This document shows, piece by piece, positions 13,901 through 22,914 of a stretch of 64,000 bases of DNA; positions within the stretch are counted from its first letter, which is position 1, and each line of letters opens with the position of its first letter. The stretch comes from Macrostomum hystrix (Eukaryota > Animalia > Platyhelminthes): positions 3,100,001 through 3,164,000 of the forward strand of contig CATNEN010000038.1 in NCBI GenBank assembly GCA_950097015.1, written 5' to 3'. The notes under the pieces were generated by a model. That model saw nothing but the letters and a program-made list of their open reading frames with translations. It did not search any database and was not told the origin of the DNA. The position numbers and the translations under genes were made by a program.

Positions 13901-16216
13901 ACAAAGCAGGGACTCTGCAGGCGCTTCACCTGGTGCACCATCAGGTAGGCCCGGCGCTGGTCGACATCGTTGGCAACAATTAGACCTGCCAGATGAGTTC
14001 AAAGAGTGCTTCATCAGTGATCAACTAACGCCGTCATAACACCCTAGATACTAAGCCTACATAAGTCATCATAAGCCTACATAAAAATCTAAAACTAAAC
14101 ACCCCAGTCTACATAACACCCAACAGTCTGCATAACACCCAACAGTCTGCATAACACCCAACAGTCTGCATAACACCCAACAGTCTGCATAACACCCAAC
14201 AGTCTGCATAACACCCAACAGTCTGCATAACACCCTACAGTCTGCATAACACCCAACAGTCTGCATAACACCCAACAGTCTACATAACACCCCAGTCTAC
14301 ATAACACCCAACAGTCTGCATAACACCCAACAGTCTGCATAACACCCAACAGTCTGCATAACACCCAACAGTCTGCATAACACCCAACAGTCTGCATAAC
14401 ACCCAACAGTCTGCATAACACCCAACAGTCTGCATAACACCCTACAGTCTGCATAACGCCCACCTAGCCACCTAGACATTCAGCAGAAACGCAGATTGTT
14501 TGAATCAGTCCTCACCGTCTGGCAGATCAGAACCTCCGCTGCCGCCACCTTCTCGATGCAGCAGCTCCAGCATTTGGCCAGTCTTTGAGCCCGGAGCGGC
14601 GCACATGTCCAAGACTCTGTGACAAGGCTGAACATCCAGCACCAATGGCGGCACCATGGAGACGGCCTCCTGCCGACTGATGTGACCAGTTTCAGTCTCT
14701 GTCACCAGGAAGCTGTGCAACGATTGCAGTTCGTTGATTTTGCGAATTGCCAGCCGGTTGGTGTGCAGCTGATAGGCCATGCCATCTGAGTTGTGCAGGG
14801 CGGGAATCCAGCACCGGTTAGATGGCTTGCAATGCAATAAGAGAGGGCCCTGAAGGATTGGGGGACAGTGGACCCTGTAGGATTGGGGGAGAGTGGACCC
14901 TGAAGGATTGGGGACAGTGGACCCTGAAGGATTGGGGACAGTGGCCCCTGAAGGATTGGGGACAGTGGACCCTGAAGGATTGGGGACAGTGGCCCCTGAA
15001 GGATTGGGGACAGTGGACCCTGTAGGATTGGGGGAGAGTGGACCCTGAAGGATTGGGGACAGTGGACCCTGAAGGATTGGGGACAGTGGCCCCTGAAGGA
15101 TTGGGGACAATGGACCCTGTAGGATTGGGGGAGAGTGGACCCTGAAGGATTGGGGACAGTGGCCCCTGAAGGATTGGGGACAGTGGACCCTGAAGGATTG
15201 GGGACAGTGGCCCCTGAAGGATTGGGGACAGTGGACCCTGTAGGATTGGGGGAGAGTGGACCCTGAAGGATTGGGGACAGTGGCCCCTGAAGGATTGGGG
15301 ACAGTGGACCCTGTAGGATTGGGGGAGAGTGGACCCTGAAGGATTGGGGACAGTGGCCCCTGAAGGATTGGGGACAGTGGCCCCTGAAGGATTGGGGACA
15401 GTGGCCCCTGAAGGATTGGGGACAGTGGCCCCTGAAGGATTGGGGGAGAGTGGACCCTGAAGGATTGGGGGAGAGTGGACCCTGAAGGATTGGGGGAGAG
15501 TGGACCCTGAAGGATTGGGGGAGAGTGGACCCTGAAGGATTGGGGGAGAGTGGACCCTGAAGGATTGGGGGAGAGTGGACCCTGAAGGATTGGGGGACAG
15601 TGCAGACCCTGAAGGATTGGGGACAGTGGCCCCTGAAGGATTGGGGGAGAGTGGACCCTGAAGGATTGGGGGAGAGTGGACCCTGAAGGATTGGGGGACA
15701 GTGCAGACCCTGAAGGATTGGGGACAGTGGCCCCTGAAGGATTGGGGAAGAGTGGACCCTGAAGGATTGGGGGAGAGTGGACCCTGAAGGATTGGGGGAG
15801 AGTGGACCCTGAAGGATTGGGGGAGAGTGGACCCTGAAGGATTGGGGGAGAGTGGACCCTGAAGGATTAGGGGAGAGTGGACCCTGAAGGACTCGGGGGA
15901 GGGTGGCCCCTGAAAGCAGCAGCGACTTACTTGGATACCAAATCAGTGGTTCAGGCGGCTTAATATCAGTAAGGCGAAGCAGGCCCTCCAAATAGCGGGT
16001 GCGCAACAGGTTGAGCAGGCTAAGACTGTGCTCACGAAAGCCGGTGATGCGGAAAGTGACCGGGAGGCCCTCGCGCATGGCGGTCATGAAGATGGGCCAC
16101 TCGGCCTCGGGCAGCATGGCCTGGGCGGCGTAGTACTTGTCGAACAGGGCGTTGGATTCGCGCGAATTGTCGTAAAGATCCTTGGCCTCGGCTATGTTGC
16201 GCTTCCTGCGACCCAT
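4922..16216 (-). CDS. NSUN2: tRNA (cytosine-C5)-methyltransferase NSUN2/Trm4, 5 exons, ~697 aa
   Basis: Exons 16216-15931, 14785-14516, 13985-13582, 6710-6338, 5682-4922 (2094 nt, in frame). Motifs RQEAVSMVPP, VLDMCAAPGSKT, IVANDVD, DRVLADVPCSGDG, VYSTCSLNPVENE, RVLPHLQDTGGFFVA, EDPF. Confidence 0.95.
5692..6270. repeat. 30-bp minisatellite, NSUN2 intron 4, degenerating toward 6270
   Basis: Unit GAATGGGATTTCCAGGATGGGGAAGATGGT. Confidence 0.95.
6811..13485. repeat. 22-bp satellite, ~300 copies (6.7 kb), with higher-order structure, filling NSUN2 intron 3
   Basis: Unit GAATCTCGCGAATCTACCAACT with variants ACAACCT/ACAAACT/ACCAAAT and CAA for CGC. Confidence 0.98.
14101..14458. repeat. 19-bp minisatellite, ~19 copies, NSUN2 intron 2
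   Basis: Unit CAGTCTGCATAACACCCAA. Confidence 0.95.
14845..15914. repeat. 25/26-bp G-rich minisatellite, ~40 copies, NSUN2 intron 1
   Basis: Unit GGATTGGGG(G)A(C/G)AGTGG(A/C)CCCTGAA. Confidence 0.95.
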
Positions 16217-16367
16217 TGCTCAGGGCGTGCGCTCAAATTGCTCAAGGGAATGAGATTTATTGCTGAGGAATACGAATTTATCCGCAGGCTGAAGTTAGAT
16301 TATTTTTATCTTAAATTCTGGCAGTTCAGATAACGACACAATTGCAGGTAAGAAAAGGACAGAGTGG

Positions 16368-17079
16368 ATGGTGAGATAATTACAGACTGGCAGGTGAGAT
16401 AAGCACAGACTGGCAGGTGAGATAAGGACAGACTGGCAGGTGAGATAAGGACAGACTGGCAGGTGAGATAAGCACAGACTGGCAGGTGAGATAATTACAG
16501 ACTAGCAGGTGAGATAATTACAGACTGGCAGGTGAGATAAGCACAGACTGGCAGGTGAGATAAGGACAGACTGGCAGGTGAGATAAGGACAGACTGGCAG
16601 GTCAGATAATTACAGACTGGCAGGTGAGATAAGCACAGACTGGCAGGTGAGATAAGGACAGACTGGCAGGTGAGATAAGGACAGACTGGCAGGTGAGATA
16701 AGCACAGACTGGCAGGTGAGATAAGCACAGACTGGCAGGTGAGATAATTACAGACTAGCAGGTGAGATAATTACAGACTGGCAGGTGAGATAAGCACAGA
16801 CTGGCAGGTGAGATAAGGACAGACTGGCAGGTGAGATAAGGACAGACTGGCAGGTCAGATAATTACAGACTGGCAGGTGAGATAAGCACAGACTGGCAGG
16901 TGAGATAAGGACAGACTGGCAGGTGAGATAAGGACAGACTGGCAGGTGAGATAAGCACAGACTGGCAGGTGAGATAATTACAGACTAGCAGGTGAGATAA
17001 TTACAGACTGGCAGGTGAGATAAGCACAGACTGGCAGGTGAGATAAGGACAGACTGGCAGGTGAGATAAGGACAGACTG
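16368..17079. repeat. 23-bp minisatellite, ~31 copies, TREX-NSUN2 spacer
   Basis: Unit GGTGAGATAA(GC/GG/TT)ACAGACTGGCA. Confidence 0.95.
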
Positions 17080-17434
17080 GTGGGTGTGCAAAATCAACAA
17101 AGTACTACATCTAGCATCACAATAAGTCCCTTAAGATGCATTACATACTTTCTGTGTATTTTACAGTCTTAAATATCAATATTCATACAAATCATCAGCT
17201 CAAATCTCTGGACTTTAAGGCTATTGCACAGAGAAAAGTACACGGGTCCTTAAAACACGTCTTGAAAATTCTAAAAAATAACTTGAAATGCCTTTCTAAA
17301 ACAAGCGGAGAAAAAATGCGTAGCTTTTAAATCAAATCCAAAAAACAACAGATCTACATTGAACTACTGCAAGTCAGTAGTATAGAGTATATAGTATACA
17401 CTATCCTATAACCTGCGTAGGTTGAACATGACTG

Positions 17435-17896
17435 TTAGTCAGCGGCTGCGGCAGACTCGGCTGCCGAAATCTTTGCCGGCGACACTGTCTCGAAGGGCAC
17501 AGCGGCGGCCTCGAGCAGCTCCTGACAGTCGGGCAGGCGCAGCAGCAGCAGCCGGAGCAGCGCTTCGCAATCGCCGAGGCCGCTGTGACTGGCCTGCGGT
17601 TTGGCGCCGTTGAATGCCCGGCTGTACAGCTGCTCCAGGCTAAAGTTGGCCTGCCGCTGCTTTTGCGGCTTCGGGATCGACCTGCAAGCATTGCAGGGTG
17701 TCTGTGTGACAGACAGCCAGACACCCAGGACAGACAGACAAACAGACAGACACCCAGGACAGACAGACAGACAGACACCCAGGACAGACAGACAAACAGA
17801 CAGACACCCAGGACAGACAGACAGACAGACACCCAGGACAGACAGACAGAAAACAGAACAGACAGACACCCAGGGCAGACAGACATACAGACAGTT

Positions 17897-17985
<89 letters not shown>

Positions 17986-18469
17986 ACAGACACTCCTACC
18001 CCGCAGCCAGCCGGGTCTCCAGCTCCCTCAGCACAGGCAGTGTGTCAGCGCACATGACGCCGTCCAGGCAGCAGGCGGAGCAGTCGCCAGCGGCAGCGGC
18101 CAGCGTGAGCTCAGCTTTGAGCAGCGGGAAGTCGAATCTGGCCCCGTTGTGCGCCACCATCAGCACTGGACTGTCCAGTCGCCGGACGAAGCGATCCAAC
18201 AGGTCGACGGCGGTGGAGTCGAAGGCTGACTGGCCGCGAAGGCAGGCTCCGTGCAGGCCGGTGACGTTGGCAGCCGAAGCAGTGACCTCGCAGCCGGGAT
18301 TGAACAGCAGGCAGAGCCGGTTCAGCGCTCTTGGCAGGCAGTCGGTGCCGCGACGTCGTTGAAGATCGGCTCGATCGGCAGTCAGGAGCGCCAGTTCGGT
18401 GACGCGAGGCCTGTACAGGCCCGTGGTTTCCAGATCCAGCACCGCTAGGGTGCGCCAGGCCTGCCGCTG
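17435..18469 (-). CDS. TREX1/TREX2-family DEDDh 3'-5' exonuclease, paralog 2; no genomic ATG before the catalytic motif
   Basis: Exons 18469-18000 and 17681-17435 (717 nt). ExoI DLETTGL..VTELAL, Exo[27 protein letters not shown], ExoIII HSGLGD. No C-terminal TM segment. Confidence 0.88.
17708..17990. repeat. Compound (GACA)n/(GGCA)n microsatellite in the TREX paralog 2 intron
   Basis: GACA runs with CACCCAG interruptions, then a GGCA run. Confidence 0.95.
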
Positions 18470-18495
18470 CTGCAGCCGAGATGAAAATTGCAGGT
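18470..18495 (-). promoter_or_regulatory. Unpaired 3' splice acceptor (candidate SL trans-splice site) of TREX paralog 2
   Basis: Minus strand: cacctgcaattttcatctcggctgcAG|CAG CGG CAG GCC TGG, phase 0 with the ORF; no upstream ATG exon recognised. Confidence 0.55.
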
Positions 18496-18524
18496 GGATA
18501 CTCAAGTAAAATAGGGATCAATTT

Positions 18525-19135
18525 GGTGGGATTCTAATTGGGAACATCGAGGTAGAATTTGAATTGTTACGGTTTGATTTCAAGGTAGAATCGGATTCTA
18601 ACAATGGGGTTTCACTGTATAATGGGATTCTAATTCTAATTCCATTGTTGGTAGAATGGGATTCCAACAATGGGATTTCAAGGTAGATTGGAACTCTAAC
18701 AATGGGATTTCGAGGTAGAATGGGATTCTAACAATGGGATTTCAAGGTAGAATGGGATTCTAACAATGAGAATTCAAGGTAGAATGGGATTCTAACAATG
18801 GAGAATTATAAGGTAGAATGGGATTCTAACAATGGAGAATTATAAGGTAGAATGGGATTCTAACAATGGAGAATTATAAGGTAGAATGGGATTCTAACAA
18901 TGGAGAATTGTAAGGTAGAATGGGATTCTAACAATGGGATTTCAAGGTAGAATGGGATTCTAACAATGGGAATTCAAGGTAGAATGGGATTCTAACAATG
19001 GGAATTCAAGGTAGAATGGGATTCTAACAATGGGAATTCAAGGTAGAATGGGATTCTAACAATGGGATTTCAAAGGAGAATGGGATTCTAAACGTGGGAT
19101 TCCACCGTAGGACTGGGATTTTAACGGTGGGATTA
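18525..19135. repeat. ~30-32-bp minisatellite upstream of TREX paralog 2
   Basis: Unit AGGTAGAATGGGATTCTAACAATGGGA(T/A)TTCA and variants. Confidence 0.9.
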
Positions 19136-19694
19136 CAAGTTGCTATAGTAATTTTTTCAATTGAATAAAATCGTTTCTCTGGTAACAAAATAATTTTTTG
19201 TAAGTCGAAGTCAATAAAAAATCTAGATGTATTTAAATAAAATCACTAAAATGAGAACAAAAAGCTAAGATCTATGCGACAAAGGTATACAAAATGAGTG
19301 CAAATGCTAGTAGTAGTACTTGTACTAGTAGGTAAAAGTTTTAACAAAACATCTGAATTCTTGATGTTTCATAAATATGCAAGTTCAATAACATACTATA
19401 ATCTTTATCAAATAATATGAATCTATGTAAAGTATAGTAGCAGCCATAACAATACGGCTAATGAAGGTGAAAAACAGTTTTTTTCACAAATCAACAAATC
19501 ATAACGATTTGCTCTCAAATTATCTCTGTTCATAATCCGATAAAAAATTTTACATCCATAAAAAGAAAATTAATATGTACGCCAGTAGTGGCTTGTTTTA
19601 AGCAGATCAACGATAATGAGTTTCAATAGCGAACTGCCTGCACTGGTGTTACTAGACATCTTCCTCATTACTGTAGCCTACCCCCTAATTAGCC

Positions 19695-20135
19695 TAGCTC
19701 GCCTCCCTAATCAGTACAGCCCACCTCACTCCTCCCTAATCAGTTCAGCCCACCTCACTCCTCCCTAATCAGTTCAGCCCACCTCACTCCTCCCTAATCA
19801 GTTCAGCCCACCTCACTCCTCCCTAATCATTTCAGCCCACCTCACTCCTCCCTAATCAGTTCAGCCCACCTCACTCCTCCCTAATCAGTTCAGCCCACCT
19901 CACTCCTCCCTAATCATTTCAGCCCACCCCACTCCTCCCTAATCGGTACAGTTCAACTCACTCCTCCCTAATCAGTTCAGCCCACCTCACTCCTCCCTAA
20001 TCAGTTCAGCCCACCTCACTCCTCCCTAATCAGTTCAGCCCACCTCACTCCTCCCTAATCGGTACAGTTCAACTCACTCCTCCCTAATCAGTTCAGCCCA
20101 CCTCACTCCTCCCTAATCAGTTCAGCCCACCTCAC
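19695..20135. repeat. 29-bp minisatellite, ~15 copies, starting just after the TREX paralog 1 stop codon (3' UTR)
   Basis: Unit TCAGTTCAGCCCACCTCACTCCTCCCTAA. Confidence 0.93.
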
Positions 20136-20147
20136 TGATACAAGGTT

Positions 20148-21584
20148 TCACAGCTTGTAGGGAAAGTCCGCCAGCTGCTGCCGGGGCTTGGCCTTGTACT
20201 TTGGCGGCACAGAGTCGAATGGCACAGACTTGTCGCGCAGCCACTCCAAGCAGGGCCCCAGACGGCGCATCAGCACACGGAGGAGGCTGGCGCAGTCCTC
20301 CGCTGCCGAATGCGCGTCAACAGGCCGCCAGCCAAGATGGCGATAGTGCAGCTCGGAGAGGCCGCAACGACTGCCCGGAGGTTCAAGACTGCGAAACATC
20401 GGCAGGGTGTCGCAGCACAGCGGGTTGGATTCCAGTCTGCGGACCGAATTGGCCTTAATATATTATTCCTAACATGATGCATTCATAACTACCTACTTCT
20501 GTCTTCATCTCATACTGTCCACTATAATAACAATATAGTACACCTGCCTATATTGGGACAGATGTGCAGCCGACAGCACAGCCGTAGCTATTGGAGACTG
20601 CGTACGGCTGTTCAGTCCATGGACTGGGGGCGACGCCACACACACCCTCAATTACCCCAGGTGCCCATTAAACAGCTGGGTGAACTTAACTAATGCAAAG
20701 TTCAGTGTCGCGCTAAAGGATACAAATTGTTACAGTGGAGTCGGGAATCGAACCCCAGACCTTCAAGTCGTGAGTCCAATGCTCTAAACCACTAGGCTGC
20801 AACCCCCACTATCTTCATCTCATACTGTCTACTATCATTTGCTAATCCTCGCTCCGCTGTTCTCATACTTTCTGCTCACTTCTCACCTGACACCGACAGC
20901 ATCAAGTTCACTTCTCACCTGACACCGACAGCATCAAGTTCACTTCTCACCTGACACCGACAGCATCAAGTTCACTTCTCACCTGACACCGACAGCATCA
21001 AGTTCACTTCTCAAAAGAGGAAAATCGAACGGCAGGCCATTGTGCGCCATGAGCACAACGGGCGGCTCCAGGCGTCTCAGGAAGGTGTCAATCAGAACAG
21101 CAGCGTCCCTATCAAACTCTTTCTGACGCTCAAGCGAGACATTGTCCAGTCGTGTCAGAGCCTCAGCCCCAGGATGAATGGGCTGCATGGGGTGGAACAC
21201 CAAGCATAGACTGTTGGCGACTCGCGGCAGCTTAGCCGACGGTGCGTCAACCGCATCAGCACGGGCATCTGGACCATCCGGCTGAGCCGCGGCCTCCAAC
21301 AAGTTGAAGGTGTGCACTGCCAGCATGGCCAACTCCGTGATGCGCTGCCTGCCTTCCAAGCCGGTGGTCTCCAGGTCCAGCATCACCAGCGTGCCGGAAA
21401 CCAACGCCGAATTACCGCTGGTCTCCGTGGCTACGTCACTGCCGAAAGTGACATCGGCAGAAGATGTTGCATCACTGACCGACGCCGCATCACCGCCTAA
21501 TGTATCCTGACCGCATGCTATGACATCATATAATCGAGTACATTCAACAGCTGAGGCGTCGTCGGCGGCGGCAGTGTCGGCGGC
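20148..21584 (-). CDS. TREX1/TREX2-family DEDDh 3'-5' exonuclease, paralog 1; ORF open from the acceptor at 21585
   Basis: Exons 21584-20983 and 20436-20148 (891 nt). ExoI DLETTGL..ITELAM, ExoII MAHNGLPFDFPLL, CCDTL, ExoIII AHSAAED. The first in-frame ATG is only 2 codons before the catalytic Asp. Confidence 0.88.
20526..20807 (-). mobile_element. tRNA-derived SINE family 1, full length, with ~24-bp target-site duplication
   Basis: Head GGGGGTTGCAGCCTAGTGG (A box)..GGTTCGATTCC (B box); flanked by TCTTCATCTCATACTGTC(C/T)ACTAT at 20502-20525 and 20812-20835; homolog at 26.5 kb. Confidence 0.85.
20877..21012. repeat. 32-bp tandem repeat (4 copies) made of the exon end plus 5' splice site of TREX paralog 1
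   Basis: Sense unit TGAGAAGTGAACTTGATGCTGTCGGTGTCAG|G; the first copy is coding (RSELDAVGV). Confidence 0.92.
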
Positions 21585-21610
21585 CTGAAAGGGAATTAAA
21601 ATTTTAATTG
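21585..21610 (-). promoter_or_regulatory. Unpaired 3' splice acceptor (candidate SL trans-splice site) of TREX paralog 1
   Basis: Minus strand: aaaattttaattccctttcAG|GCC GCC GAC; strong pyrimidine tract, phase 0 with the ORF. Confidence 0.65.
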
Positions 21611-21694
21611 TGACGGAAATTTATACATAACAGAAGCAAGAAAACTGTTGTTGGATCAAGACCAATACAACTTCTCAAAGACGAGTGCTAACTG

Positions 21695-22270
21695 GACCCA
21701 ATGCTACTAGACAAAGACCCAATGCTGCTAGACAAAGACCCAATGCTACTAGACAAAGACCCAATGCTACTAGACAAAGACCCAATGCTACTAGACAAAG
21801 ACCCAATGCTACTATACAAAGACCCAATGCTACTAGACAAAGATCCAATGCTACTAGACAAAGATCCAATGCTACTAGACAAAGATCCAATGCTACTAGA
21901 CAAAGACCCAATGCTACTAGACAAAGACCCAATGCTACTATACAAAGACCCAATGCTACTAGACAAAGACCCAATGCTACTAGACAAAGACCCAATGCTA
22001 CTATACAAAGACCCAATGCTACTAGACAAAGATCCAATGCTACTAGACAAAGATCCAATGCTACTAGACAAAGACCTAATGCTACTAGACAAAGACCCAA
22101 TGCTACTAGACAAAGACCCAATGCTACTAGACAAAGACCCAATGCTACTATACAAAGACCCAATGCTACTAGACAAAGATCCAATGCTACTAGACAAAGA
22201 TCCAATGCTACTAGACAAAGACCTAATGCTACTAGACAAAGACCCAATACTACATTGCTACTAGACAAAA
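21695..22270. repeat. 21-bp minisatellite, ~27 copies, upstream of TREX paralog 1
   Basis: Unit CAATGCTACTAGACAAAGACC. Confidence 0.95.
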
Positions 22271-22660
22271 AGCAAATGCGAATTCGCAAAGACCACGTTT
22301 AGGTAATAAAACTAAAACTTCAAATATGTATTCTAAGAACTTAAAGTTATGTATGATTCTCATTTTCTGAACAAAACATGCTACGAGTAGAAATCTGAAC
22401 AAGGACTTATTAGTATAAAAAATCTGAAAATTGGCAGACTGAGTGTGAATATAATTCAAGAAAAAATTACAATCAATGTCGAACTCTGACAGTCGCACAT
22501 TTTAAGAGCACCAAATTTATAAAAAACTTCACACAAAAATACTAAATTACAATGCCGATATGAATTCATGTATTCAAAAAGGTACTGCACAAAAAATGGT
22601 AAAAATAAGCAAAAATGGAATGTTGAGACTGGCCTACTGTCTTCATCAGTTTAACTAAGA

Positions 22661-22912
22661 GCTGTCCCTCAGTGCACCTGTCCCTCAGTGCACCTGTCCC
22701 TCAGACAACCTGTCCCTCAGACCACCTGTCCCTCAGACCACCTGTCCCTCAGACAACCTGTCCCTCAGACAACCTGTCCCTCAGACAACCTGTCCCTCAG
22801 ACCACCTGTCCCTCAGACCACCTGTCCCTCAGACAACCTGTCCCTCAGACCACCTGTCCCTCAGACCACCTGTCCCTCAGACCACCTGTCCCTCAGACCA
22901 CCTGTCCCTCAG
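22661..22912. repeat. 16-bp minisatellite, ~15 copies, beginning at the stop codon of the RING-WD40 gene
   Basis: Unit ACCTGTCCCTCAGAC(C/A). Confidence 0.93.
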
Positions 22913-22914
22913 CC

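Noticed and set aside
20735-20807. Possible tRNA genes (also at 26540, 31580, 59480)
   Set aside because: A and B boxes are present, but no clean cloverleaf is evident and each continues into a shared SINE body; one has a TSD.
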